A stretch of 64,000 nucleotides of DNA from an uncultured Candidatus Rokubacteria bacterium (GTDB lineage: Bacteria; Methylomirabilota; Methylomirabilia; Rokubacteriales; CSP1-6), in NCBI GenBank assembly GCA_963789955.1, contig CAWBMV010000006.1:256001-320000 (forward strand), in the 5' to 3' direction. This document shows positions 31,494-41,556 of this stretch, piece after piece. Below the pieces are notes generated by a model that was given only the letters and a program-made list of their open reading frames with translations, made no database searches and was not told the DNA's origin. The position numbers and the translations under genes are program-made. Position 1 is the stretch's first letter; every line of letters begins with the position of its first letter.

Positions 31494-32633
31494 ATGAAGC
31501 TCAGCACCGACCGCATCCTGACCACGCACACCGGCAGCCTTCCGCGGGCCCAGGACCTGACGACCACGCTCGAGGCGCTCGACTCGGGCCGCATGCCGGA
31601 TCCGGCGGCGTTCGAGACGCGCGTGCGCCGCGCGGTCGGCGACATCGTCCGCCAGCAGCTCGAAGCCGGCGTGGACATCGTCAACGACGGCGAGCAGGGC
31701 AAGGTCGGCTATTCGACCTACGTCCGGCATCGGCTGACGGGCTTCGACGGTCAGGCCGCCGTCCCGGTGAGGGCGGACTGGGCCGACTTTCCCGAGGCGG
31801 CCTCACGCGGCGAGCGGCGCTCGACGATCATGCGGCCGGCGTGCAACGGCCCGATCGACTGGAAGGACCGGAACGCGGTCGAGAAGGACGTCGCGAACTT
31901 CAAGGCGGCGCTCGCCTCGGCCAAGCCGGCCGATGCGTTCATGACGGCGGCGTCGCCGGGTGTCATCGCGCACTTTCTGAAGAACGAGCACTATCCGACT
32001 CGCGACGCCTACCTGGCGCGCCTCGCCGACATCATGAAAGAGGAGTACGACGCGATCCACCGGGCCGGCTTCGTGCTGCAGATCGACTGTCCCGACCTCG
32101 CGATGAGCCGCCACCTCGCGTTCCCCGAGGTCAGCAACGCCGAGTTCCTGAAGATCGCCGCGGCCAACATCGAGGCGCTCAACCACGCGCTGCGCGACAT
32201 CCCGGCCGACCGCATGCGGCTGCACCTCTGCTGGGGCAACTACGAAGGGCCGCACCACCGCGACATCCCGCTGCGCGAGCTCCTGCCGGTCGCGCTGAAG
32301 GCGAAGCCGCAGGCGCTGTCCTTCGAGGGCGCCAACCCGCGTCACGAGCACGAGTGGGTCGTGTTCCGCGAGATCCGCCTGCCGGACGACCGCGTGATCA
32401 TTCCGGGCGTGCTGGACTCGACGACCAACTTCATCGAGCACCCGGAGCTGGTCGCCCAGCGCCTCGTCCGCTACGCGGAGATCGTCGGGCGCGAGCGCGT
32501 GATCGCCGGCACCGATTGCGGCTTCGCGACGTTCGCGCGGACGGTCAACCAGGTCGAGCCCGAGATCACCTGGGCCAAGTTCAAGTCGATGGCCGAGGGC
32601 GCGCGGCTGGCGTCGAAGCAGCTCTGGAAATAG
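31494..32633 (+). CDS. Cobalamin-independent methionine synthase II family (MetE C-domain-like) protein
   Basis: THTGSLPR, DGEQGK, HLCWGNYEGPH, FEGANPRHEHE, DCGF zinc ligands. Confidence 0.9.
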   Translation: MKLSTDRILTTHTGSLPRAQDLTTTLEALDSGRMPDPAAFETRVRRAVGDIVRQQLEAGVDIVNDGEQGKVGYSTYVRHRLTGFDGQAAVPVRADWADFPEAASRGERRSTIMRPACNGPIDWKDRNAVEKDVANFKAALASAKPADAFMTAASPGVIAHFLKNEHYPTRDAYLARLADIMKEEYDAIHRAGFVLQIDCPDLAMSRHLAFPEVSNAEFLKIAAANIEALNHALRDIPADRMRLHLCWGNYEGPHHRDIPLRELLPVALKAKPQALSFEGANPRHEHEWVVFREIRLPDDRVIIPGVLDSTTNFIEHPELVAQRLVRYAEIVGRERVIAGTDCGFATFARTVNQVEPEITWAKFKSMAEGARLASKQLWK

Positions 32634-32691
32634 CAGTGCGAGCCGCAGGCCGTCGCGGGGCTGGGGCCCCGCCGGCCGAGGCGAGCCTATA
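32633..32691 (+). repeat. Dispersed ~58-bp intergenic element, copy 2
   Basis: gcagtgcgagccgcaggccgtcgcggggctggggccccgccggccgaggcgagcctata. Confidence 0.85.
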
Positions 32692-32704
32692 ACTAGGAGG
32701 GCCC

Positions 32705-34453
32705 ATGACCCCCGACGAGATCGACGTTCCCCACGCGCTCGTCCGCGTCCTCGAGGAGGCGGGCATCCAGTTCGTGTTCGGTATGCCGGGCGGCGACACG
32801 GGCCGCATCTTCGACGCGCTCCACGACTCGCGCGAGATCCAGACGATCCTGGTCCGCCACGAGCAGGTCGGCTCGATCATGGCCGAGATGTACGGCCGGC
32901 TCACCGGCAAGCCCGGCGTGGTCATGGGCCAGGGCATCTTCCTCGCGTGCAACGCGCTCTTCGGCTCGCTCGAGGCGGTGAAGGGCGCCTCGCCGATGCT
33001 GCTGCTGGGCGACTTCACCGACATGGCGCCCTTCATGCACCATTCGCCCTATCAGGCAGGTACCGGCGAGCACGGCAACCACGATCTGCGAAACCTTCTC
33101 GCGGGAGCGACCAAGTACACCGCGGCCGTCTCGGAGCCCAAGCAAGCCGTCCAGACACTGCAGCTCGCGATCAAGCACGCCACGACGGGCACGCCGGGGC
33201 CGGTGGCGGTCATCTTCGGTAGCCGATCGTTCGGTGGCACCGTGAAGACGCGCCGCCCGCCGCGGCTCCACGCGACCGCGCGCCACCTGGCGCACGGCTT
33301 CGTCCGGCCGGCGGCCGTCGACGTGGCGCGCGTCGCCGCCGCGCTCGCAGCCGCCGCGAATCCCGTGATCATTGCCGGCAACGGCGTCCACGCCTCGCGC
33401 GCCTGGGTGGACCTCGCCGAGCTGGCCGACCTCCTCAAGATTCCCGTGGCCACGACGGCAACCGGGAAGAGCGCCATCGCCGACGTGCATCCCGCTGGCG
33501 CTCGGCGTCTTCGGCAACTGGGGACAGACCGTCGCCAACGAGGTGGTCTCGACCGCCGATACCGTCCTCGTGGTCGGCTCGCGGATGGCGCCGACCGACA
33601 CCTGCTTCGAGAACCCGGAGCTGCTCGACGCCGACCGTCAGACGTTCCTGCAGATCGACGTCGAGCCGCTCAACATCGGCCGCCATTTCCCGGTGAAGGA
33701 CGCGATCGTGGCCGACGCGCGCGAGGCGCTGACGGCGCTCGTCGCCGAGCTCGGCTCGCGGATCACGCCGGCGCTCAGAGGCCGCGGGGCAGAAGCGCTT
33801 GGAGCATCTGGCCGAGCTCAAGACGCTGCATCGGTACTTCGCCGAGCCCGAGCAGCGCTCGGACGCGGTGCCGCTGCGTCCCGAGCGCGTGATCACCGAG
33901 CTCGCCCGCCGCCTCGACGACCGCGCGATCGTCACGATGGACGCCGGCGCCAATCGCCTCTACATGACCCACTACTTCCAGTGCAAAGGGCCCGGCACGG
34001 TGTATCAGCCGTCGTCGATCGGCGGCATGGGCTACGCGCTGCCGGCCGCGATGGGCGCCAAGCTCACGAGCCCGGAGCGCGACTGTGTGGCCGTCTGCGG
34101 CGACGGCGGCTTCGCGATGACGATGAACGCGCTCTTCACCGCCGCGCAGTACAAGATCCCGGTCGTGACCGTCGTGCTCAACAACAGCGTGCTCGGCTGG
34201 GTGAAGGACGGACAGCGCCGGCGCGGCAATCGGTTCATCGCCTCGGAGCTCGGGCGCAACGACTACGCGCGGATCGCCCAGGCCATGGGCTGTGTCGGCG
34301 TCCGCGTCGAAACGATCACGGAGCTCGTCGGCGAGCTCGACCGCGTCGATCGGCGCCAAGGAGCCGATCGTGCTCGACGTGGTCACGACCGAGGACGCGC
34401 CCTTCTGGCAGGTCCAGTCGCCGTTCGCCAAAGAGGGCGCGGGCGGCGAGTAA
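32705..34453 (+). CDS. Thiamine diphosphate-dependent enzyme (acetolactate synthase-like); several frameshifts
   Basis: VFGMPGG, VRHEQ, PGPV, GGMGYALPAAMGAK, GDGGFAM...LNNS. Confidence 0.88.
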
Positions 34454-34455
34454 CC

Positions 34456-34910
34456 GTGCGCCACACGAAGAAGGAAGTCATCGCGCGCACCCGTCGCGAG
34501 TACGCGATCCTCGATCGTCTCGTCACGAGGCTGCGCCCCGCCGACTGGAAGCGGCGCGTGCCCCGCCCGCCGACGCGAGATCCGTGGACCGTGAAAGACG
34601 CGCTCGCCCACATCGTGTACTGGAAGGAGCACAGCGCCCGCGTGTTCCGGGGCGAGCGGCGGCTCCCGGAGATGCGCGGCCTCGACGTGAACGCGATCAA
34701 CCGCCTGATCTACCGCCGGTGGCGCGCCCGGCGACCCGCGGAGCTGGTGGCGTGGCATCGCCGGGTCCAGCGCGACGTGCTGAAGACGCTCGCGGCGAAT
34801 CCTCCGGAGTGGTTCTCGCGGCGCGAGCGCTCGCCCAGGTGGCCGCTCGACTTCGACGCGCACTCCGCGGACCACCGGACGGGCGACATCGAGGCTGGGT
34901 TGGCGCCGGT
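34456..34910 (+). CDS. DinB/ClbS-DfsB superfamily four-helix-bundle protein; 3' end unresolved
   Basis: WTVKDALAHIVYW and late H..DH motif; no in-frame stop near the expected end. Confidence 0.6.
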
Positions 34911-35010
34911 CAGCCCAGGACGCCGTGCAGGCCACGGTCGAGCGCTCGCGGGGGAAGGGACGGCGACGCGGAACGGTTCGGGCGATCGCCGTCATGGGGG
35001 CCGGGCAGGC

Positions 35011-35853
35011 TCAGTGCATCACACCGCCGCCGGTCACGTTGATCGACTGACCGGTGATGTACTCGGCGGCATCGCCCGCCAGGAACGCGGCGACCTCGGC
35101 GACGTCGCTCGGTCGGGCGATGCGGCCGAGCGGCGTCCCCGCGGCGACGTTCTTGATGCGCTCCTCGCGCTGCTTCTGGTCATAGCTGCCGTCCGGCCGC
35201 AGCCCCATGTGATCCAGACGTTCGGTCTCGGCGGCGCTCGGGCAGATCGCGTTGACCGTGATCCCCGCGGGCGCCAGCTCCTGCGCCAGCGACTGCGTGA
35301 ACCCGATGATCCCGAACTTCGACGCGCAGTACGCCGCGCGGAGCGCGCCGCCCTTCTTGCCCCACTGCGACGACATGCTGATGATGCGCCCGCGCACGCG
35401 ACCTGCGAGCATGGTGCGCGCGACCGCCTGAGAGGTGATGAACGTGCCTTTGAGGTTCGTGTCGAGGACGGTGTCCCACTGATCTTCGGGCAGGTCGACG
35501 ACCGGCGTCTTGTCGAGGCTGCCCGGCGCGCCGGCGTTGTTCACGAGGACGTCGATGCGCCCGAACTCGCCGAGCGCCTCCGAGACCACCTTCGCCATCT
35601 CGCTGGCCGATCGAACGTCCGCCAGCGCGGTCATCACCCGGCGGCCGCGCTTCCGGATCTCGTCCGCGACCGCTTCGATGCCGCCCCAGGCGCCCGGCTT
35701 CAACGTGGACGACACGCGCAGCCCGGTCGAGATCACGTCGGTCAGGATGAGATCGGCGCCTTCGTCGGCGAACCGCTGAGCGATGGCCCGGCCGAGCCCG
35801 TGCTCGCCGCCGGCACCGGTGACCATCGCGATCTTGCCCTCGAGCCGTCCCAT
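35011..35853 (-). CDS. SDR family oxidoreductase
   Basis: VTGAGGEHGLG, NNAG, YCASKFG, ITGQSINV. Confidence 0.9.
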   Translation of the reverse strand: MGRLEGKIAMVTGAGGEHGLGRAIAQRFADEGADLILTDVISTGLRVSSTLKPGAWGGIEAVADEIRKRGRRVMTALADVRSASEMAKVVSEALGEFGRIDVLVNNAGAPGSLDKTPVVDLPEDQWDTVLDTNLKGTFITSQAVARTMLAGRVRGRIISMSSQWGKKGGALRAAYCASKFGIIGFTQSLAQELAPAGITVNAICPSAAETERLDHMGLRPDGSYDQKQREERIKNVAAGTPLGRIARPSDVAEVAAFLAGDAAEYITGQSINVTGGGVMH

Positions 35854-35969
35854 ACTTGGTCCTCCCATCTTTCGTCGCGCCTGCTACCGTCGCGCCTCGG
35901 CCGCCGGGGCTCAAGCCTCGCGACCGTCTGCGGCGCGAACTGCTTGCTATCATTGATCACGTCAGCTGA

Positions 35970-37076
35970 TCACGCCGGCGCGGTCAGAAAACGCTCCGGT
36001 CGGAACGGCGCCAGAGTCGAGCTGGGCTTGTCACGGACGATCTCGTCCGCCATCAGGCGTCCGAGCAGCGGGCCCAGGGTGATCCCGCTGTGCGTCGCGA
36101 TCAGCCAGGCGTTGGCGAATCCCGGGATCCGTCCCGCGATCGTGTGGCGATCGCCCGGCATGGGCCGCACGCCGATGCGGCTGTCGACGATCCGCAGCTG
36201 GCGCGCGGCCGGAAACACGCGCGCCGCGCGCTCGAGCAGCAGCGCTGACAAGGACACCGGCGAGCCTGAGTTCGCCGCGAGCGTGTCGACGTCCTCGGCG
36301 CCCAGCAAGAGCCCGCCGCCGGCATCCGGCCGCACGTGAATGCCCGGCGCGTGCACGACCCGGCCGAGTGGCACCGAGGGGCGAGAGGTGACGGCGAGCA
36401 GGCCCGGCACCTGGCCGACCGGGATGGTGACGCCGAGCGGCGTGAGAAACGCTTGGGTCGCCGGGCCGACGCAGACCAGAACCGAGCGAGCGGCCATCTC
36501 GCCGTCATCGACGACGAGCGCCTCGATGCGATCGCCGCGCCTGCGGAACGATCGGACGGCTTTCCCGTCCCTGACGTCGGCGCCGCGCGCCGAGGCGGCG
36601 GCCAGCAGTCGTCCGATCAGTCGCGGGGCGTCGAGCCACGCGTCGGCGGCGAAAAACGCGACCTCCCGGACCTTCTCGGGGACGGCGAGGCCGGGCTCGA
36701 GCTCCGTCGCGCGCTCGCGGCTGATCCACTCGGCTGGATATCCGCGCGCCGCCAGCCGATGGACGCGCTCGCGCAGCTCGCGCTCGGCGTCGCCCGCGTC
36801 CGCCCATTCGAGCGAGCCGCCGGCGTGGTAGCCGGCGTCACCGCCGAGCTCGCGCGACAGCTCGCGGTGAGCCGTCATCCCGGCGGCGTTGAGCCGATGA
36901 TAGACGTCGGGCTCTTTCCTCACCGAGTTGAGCCACGCGAAGGAGGTTCCGCTCGTCCCGCCACCCGGCGCTCCGGCGTCGAGCGCCAGCACGCGCGCGC
37001 CCGCCCAGGCGGCGGCGTACACGGCCGAGGCGCCCACGATCCCGAGTCCGACGACCGCGACGTCGTAGTGGTTCAT
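35970..37076 (-). CDS. FAD-dependent oxidoreductase (DAO/glycine oxidase family)
   Basis: VVGLGIVG, GTSGTSFAW, GVRPMPGD, THSGITLGP. Confidence 0.88.
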   Translation of the reverse strand: MNHYDVAVVGLGIVGASAVYAAAWAGARVLALDAGAPGGGTSGTSFAWLNSVRKEPDVYHRLNAAGMTAHRELSRELGGDAGYHAGGSLEWADAGDAERELRERVHRLAARGYPAEWISRERATELEPGLAVPEKVREVAFFAADAWLDAPRLIGRLLAAASARGADVRDGKAVRSFRRRGDRIEALVVDDGEMAARSVLVCVGPATQAFLTPLGVTIPVGQVPGLLAVTSRPSVPLGRVVHAPGIHVRPDAGGGLLLGAEDVDTLAANSGSPVSLSALLLERAARVFPAARQLRIVDSRIGVRPMPGDRHTIAGRIPGFANAWLIATHSGITLGPLLGRLMADEIVRDKPSSTLAPFRPERFLTAPA

Positions 37077-37194
37077 CGGCCACCTCCCGGCGGGGCTGGT
37101 TCTTCATCGCCCGCGCATTATAGGAGTCCGCGGCCGCCGGCGACACGGTCGATCGCGCGCGGCTCACGCCGGCCATGCGCTGACCGCCTCGGGC

Positions 37195-37300
37195 GGGAAA
37201 TAGAGCCGGCGCGATCGACCTCGAGCGACGCGCAGTCCACCGCCTGGACCGCGCCGTACGATTTGCTCACACCTTCGAGCCGAAGGACGGTGTCGCTCAT
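37195..37300 (-). pseudogene. 5' remnant of an ABC ATPase (PotA/MalK-like)
   Basis: MSDTVLRLEGVSKSYGAVQAVDCASLEVDR, then similarity is lost before Walker A. Confidence 0.65.
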
Positions 37301-37367
37301 CGTTCGCGTAAGATAGTCGCGCTCGGGGGCCGGGTCAATCCAGCGAGCCCCGAAGGAGGATGTCAGG

Positions 37368-37460
37368 GTGCCGGGCCTCACGCTCTTGCAGATCGACGCC
37401 GAAGAGCAGCTGCCCGAGCTCATCAAGACCCAGGACATCTCGCGCCAGCTGATCAGGTAG
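37368..37460 (+). other. 30-codon ORF or 3' gene remnant
   Basis: AAGGAGG-8 nt-GTG; VPGLTLLQIDAEEQLPELIKTQDISRQLIR* with strongly GC-ending codons. Confidence 0.4.
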
Positions 37461-38893
37461 CGGAGGTCGCCGCCTCGATCTTGGTGCCTCCGCGCAGGAA
37501 CGACGCGAAGAGCGCGAACGCCATCAGCGCCAGGCACGCGAAGTAGGCGACGTTCATCGCCGCCACAAATGCGCGGGGCTGCGCGGGGCTCGGCGTGGCA
37601 TCGGCGATCCCCGAGTAGTAGCGGAATGCGAGCGTCAGCAGCACGCCGCCCAGCGAGATGCCGAGCAGGGCGGAGATTCCGAAGATCGTCTGCACCATGC
37701 CGGTGGCGAAGCCCCGATACTCCCGCGGCACCGACCCGATGATCGCCGTCTGATTCGGTGTGTTGAAGAACCCCGAGCCGACTCCGAGCAGGGCCATCAT
37801 GAGCGCCGGCATGATCCAGTGCGAGTCGACGCGCAGGAACAGCCCGATGGCAAACGCGCCCATCGTCGCCAGGACGCCGATCGAGGCGGGAATGCGCGGC
37901 CCGATCCGATCGGTGAGCCGGCCGCTGACCGCCGCGAGCCCGATCGTGAACACCGGCGCTGCCAGGAAGATCAGCCCCATGAACGACGGCGAGAAACCCA
38001 GCACGTCCTGGATGTAGAACGGCATCAGGAAGCTCATCACGCTGATCGTGGTGGCGATGAGCAGGAGGCTCAGCACGCTGAACGTGAACATGCGGATCCT
38101 GAACAGCGCGAGGTTCACCACCGGGCTCGCCGCTCGTCGCTCGTGCGCGATGAACCCGACCAGGATGCCGCCGAACACCAGAGCCACGACACCCGCGCGC
38201 TCGGCGCCGAGCGTCTCGACGCTGCGCCGGTCGAGCAGGAGGGTCAGCAAGACGGTCAGGGCGATCAGCAGCGCCGCGCCGAGATAGTCGATCGACGGCG
38301 CCCGGCCGGCCGGCGCCGGCACGCGGCGCCCCCGCGCGCGCAGCACCGTCAGGACGACACCGGTCATTCCCATGCGGCACCATGAGGAAGAAGATCCAGC
38401 GCCAGTCGAACAGATCGATGATGAAGCCGCCGAGCGGGGGCCCCACGAGCAGACCGGAGTGAAAGCCCATCGTCATGTAGCTGTTGGCGCGCCCCTCGGC
38501 GCCCTCCGGCATCGCCTCCATCGCCAGCACGCGCGTGGCCGAGGCGATCATCGCCGCGCCCAGCCCCTGGATCAGGCGAAACACGATCAGCGAGAACGCG
38601 TTCGGCGCGAAGCCGCAGAGCACGAAGCTGACGGTCATGATCGCGAAGCCCGTGCCGTAGATCGTGTACCGGCCGTGGATGTCGCCGAGCCGCCCGAAGA
38701 CGACCGAGAGACTGATCCCCGCGAGCTGATACACGATGAGCGCCCACGAGATCGCGATGATGTCGGTGTGGAGCGCGCCGGCGAGCGTCGGCAGCGAGAC
38801 GATGAAGATCCGCGTGGCGACGCCGGTGAGGAACTGGCCCATGATCGCGTTCGCGAGGAGGAGCCGGTCCGTACGAGCGATCACACGGGACAT
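37453..38893 (-). CDS. MFS transporter, DHA2 (EmrB/QacA-like); frameshift near 38375
   Basis: FGRLGDIHGR motif A, FRLIQGLG, VGPPLGG...WRWIF, SGRLTDRIGPR. Confidence 0.88.
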
Positions 38894-38897
38894 TGTC

Positions 38898-38956
38898 TAT
38901 AGGCGCGCCTCGGCCGGCGGGGCCCCAGCCCCGCGACGGCCTGCAGCGCGCACCAC
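38898..38956 (-). repeat. Dispersed ~58-bp intergenic element, copy 3 (inverted)
   Basis: Reverse complement gtggtgcgcgctgcaggccgtcgcggggctggggccccgccggccgaggcgcgcctata. Confidence 0.85.
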
Positions 38957-39000
38957 AATACCAGCCCGGCCCCGAGCGGTTGGCGTAAGATTGCCGGGCC

Positions 39001-39242
39001 ATGAGCGAAGAGACTCTCAAGAAGCTCGCGATGCAGGTACGCAACTGGGGCCGCTGGGGGCCGAGCGACGAGATCGGCACTTTGAACTTCATCACGCCGG
39101 ACACGATCGCGAGATCTTCTTCCTCGAAGCGCGGGCGGCCGACTGCGCCGCCGACGGGCGCTACGAGTTTCTGCTGGTGGCCCCGCCGCTGCCGGTCACG
39201 CGCGGCGTCGGGACGCCGATCAACCCGTACGCGATCAAGTGA
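39001..39242 (+). pseudogene. Cyclase/kynurenine formamidase family gene with a large internal deletion
   Basis: N-terminal NWGRWGPSDEIGTLNFITP joined out of frame to C-terminal DCAADGRYEFLLVAPPLPVTRGVGTPINPYAIK*. Confidence 0.8.
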
Positions 39243-39255
39243 GTAGGGCAGCGCC

Positions 39256-40344
39256 GTGCTGATCCGCGAGGTCGCCGCGAGTCACTACGCGATCCCGTTG
39301 CCGGTGGCCCTCTCCGACAGCACGCACGGGACCATCAAGGGATTCGAGCTCGTGACCGCACGCGTGCGCGACGCGCAGGGCGCCGAGGGCACGGGCTACA
39401 CCTACACGGTGGGCGCGGGCGGAGCCGCGGTGCACGCCCTGGTGGCGCGCGACCTGGCGCCGCTGCTGATCGGGCGCGACGCCGACCTGATCGAGAGCCA
39501 CTGGCAGGCGATGTGGTGGGCGCTCCACTACGGCGGTCGCGGCGGCGCGCAGGCGCTCGCGATGTCGGCCGTCGACATCGCGCTCTGGGATCTTCGCGCG
39601 CGCCGGCAGGGCGCGCCGCTCTGGCGTGTGCTCGGCGGCTTCGATCCGCGCGTACCGTGCTACGCCGGCGGGATCGACCTCGACTTCCCGCTCGACGCGC
39701 TGCTTCGCCAGACCGACGAGAACCTGGCCCGCGGCTTCCGCGCGATCAAGATGAAGGTCGGGCGCCCGTCGCTGCACGACGACGTCGAGCGGGTGCGCGC
39801 CATGCGGCGCCACCTCGGTCCCGACTTTCCGCTGATGGTCGACGCCAACATGCGCTGGAGCGTCGACGAGGCGATCCGCGCCGCCCGCGCGCTCGTCGAG
39901 CTCCACCCGGTGTGGCTCGAGGAGCCGACCATCCCCGACGACGTGCCCGGCCACGCACGGATCGTGCGCGAGGGCGGGCTGCCGATCGCCGCCGGCGAGA
40001 ACCTCCACACGCTCTACGAGTTTCGCCAGCTCATCGCGGCCGGTGGCGTGACGTTCCCGGAGCCCGACGTGACGAACTGCGGCGGCGTCACCGCGTTCAT
40101 GAAGATCTGTCACCTGGCGGAGGCGTTCAATCTGCCGGTGACGTCGCACGGCGCGCACGACGTCACGGTGCATCTGCTGGCGGCGGCGCCCAACCGCTCG
40201 TACCTCGAAGCTCACGGCTTCGGTCTCGACCGGTTCATCGCCGAGCCGCTCCGGATCGAGACCGGGCTCGCGATCGCGCCGGATCGCCCGGGCCACGGCA
40301 TCGAGTTCGACTGGAAGGCGCTCGACGCGGTCCGGGCGGTCTAG
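39256..40344 (+). CDS. Mandelate racemase/muconate lactonizing enzyme family protein
   Basis: SAVDIALWDL, KMKVG, VDAN, WLEEP, GEN, PD, SH motifs. Confidence 0.92.
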   Translation: MLIREVAASHYAIPLPVALSDSTHGTIKGFELVTARVRDAQGAEGTGYTYTVGAGGAAVHALVARDLAPLLIGRDADLIESHWQAMWWALHYGGRGGAQALAMSAVDIALWDLRARRQGAPLWRVLGGFDPRVPCYAGGIDLDFPLDALLRQTDENLARGFRAIKMKVGRPSLHDDVERVRAMRRHLGPDFPLMVDANMRWSVDEAIRAARALVELHPVWLEEPTIPDDVPGHARIVREGGLPIAAGENLHTLYEFRQLIAAGGVTFPEPDVTNCGGVTAFMKICHLAEAFNLPVTSHGAHDVTVHLLAAAPNRSYLEAHGFGLDRFIAEPLRIETGLAIAPDRPGHGIEFDWKALDAVRAV

Positions 40345-40346
40345 CG

Positions 40347-41411
40347 GTGACGCCACGCAACGCGCTTCCCGTGCTGCCGACGACCGTGGTCGGCAGCTTT
40401 CCGCAGCCCGAGTGGCTCGTCTACCGTGACGCGCTGCTGTCGGGCGGCGTGCCGCGGGTGCCGCGCCCGACGCTCTGGCGCGTGCCGGAAGAGCTCCGCG
40501 ATCAGGCCCACGACGACGCGACCCGGCTGGTCGTCCGCGACCTGGAGCGCGCCGGCGTCGACATCGTCAGCGACGGCGAGGTCCGCCGCGAGAGCTACTT
40601 CAGCTGGCTCGCGCCGGCGCTGACGGGGCTCGACGTCGCCAAGCCCGGCACCGCCACGAGCCGCACGGGGCGGCCGACACCGGTGCCGAGAGCGGTGGGC
40701 CCGATCACACGACCGAAGCCCGTGCTCGCGCGCCACACGGCGTTCCTGCGCGGCGAGACCAGCCACCCGATCAAGATCACCGTGCCCGGGCCGTTCACCC
40801 TGACCGCGCTCACCCAGAACGAGTACTACCCGGACGCGCCGAGCCTGGCGATGGCGTACGCCGCGGTCGTCAACGCCGAGCTGCGCGATCTCAAAGCGGC
40901 CGGCGCCGATTTCGTCCAGCTGGACGAGCCGTACCTGCAAGCGTGGCCCGATCTGGCGCGCGAGTTCGGCGTGGCCGTGATCGACCGGGCGCTCGAGGGG
41001 ATCGACGGACCGACGGTCATCCATCTCTGCTTCGGTTACGCCCACACGGTTCGCGACAAGCCGAGCGGCTACTCCTATCTGCCCGAGCTCGAGCGATGCC
41101 GCGCCACGCACGTCTCGATCGAGGCCGCGCAGCCCCGGCTGGACTGCGCCATCCTTCGAGCGCTGCCGTCCAAGACGATCATCCTGGGCGTCCTCGACCT
41201 CGGCGACGCCACGGTCGAGACGCGGGAGGTCGTGGCGGGCCGGATCAGGTCGGCGCTGGCACACGTGCCGCCCGAGCGCCTGGTGCCGGCGCCGGACTGC
41301 GGCATGAAATATCTGCCGCGGGAGCGCGCCATCGGCAAGCTGGAGGCGCTCGCGGCCGGGGCGCGCCTCGTCCGGGCCGAGGTCGCCGCGGGAGCGCGAC
41401 CGCGCGCCTGA
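40347..41411 (+). CDS. Methionine synthase II-like (MetE C-domain) protein
   Basis: TTVVGSFPQP, SDGEVRRESY, QLDEP, HLCFGY, APDCGMK. Confidence 0.88.
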   Translation: MTPRNALPVLPTTVVGSFPQPEWLVYRDALLSGGVPRVPRPTLWRVPEELRDQAHDDATRLVVRDLERAGVDIVSDGEVRRESYFSWLAPALTGLDVAKPGTATSRTGRPTPVPRAVGPITRPKPVLARHTAFLRGETSHPIKITVPGPFTLTALTQNEYYPDAPSLAMAYAAVVNAELRDLKAAGADFVQLDEPYLQAWPDLAREFGVAVIDRALEGIDGPTVIHLCFGYAHTVRDKPSGYSYLPELERCRATHVSIEAAQPRLDCAILRALPSKTIILGVLDLGDATVETREVVAGRIRSALAHVPPERLVPAPDCGMKYLPRERAIGKLEALAAGARLVRAEVAAGARPRA

Positions 41412-41556
41412 GCGGGCGGCGCTCGAGGCGCGGGCGATCCGCGTCGTCCGGCCTCGACCGCGCGCCGCGTGGTGGTCTTTTCTGCCGAGTTCTGCTATCG
41501 TCCGGAAGCCTCAAAATCCGCAAGGACAGTGACCGTCAACGGCCGAGGAGGCAGGG

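Noticed and set aside
30419..32692. 757-aa apparent LLM fusion ORF
   Set aside because: Sequence after DKVMARL is off-frame read-through over the MetE-II gene, which has its own RBS and ATG; a TAG lies at 31480-31482 in another frame
33799..36339. 846-aa ORF joining ThDP, DinB and further sequence
   Set aside because: Chimera produced by frameshifts plus antisense read-through of the SDR and DAO genes
37118..38893. 591-aa MFS-ABC fusion
   Set aside because: The MFS shifts frame near 38375 and ends at 37453; the ATPase-like tail is a separate remnant that happens to share the frame
30321..38956. The ~58-bp repeats as a CRISPR array or IS ends
   Set aside because: Copies are kilobases apart with no spacers, cas genes or transposase in the window
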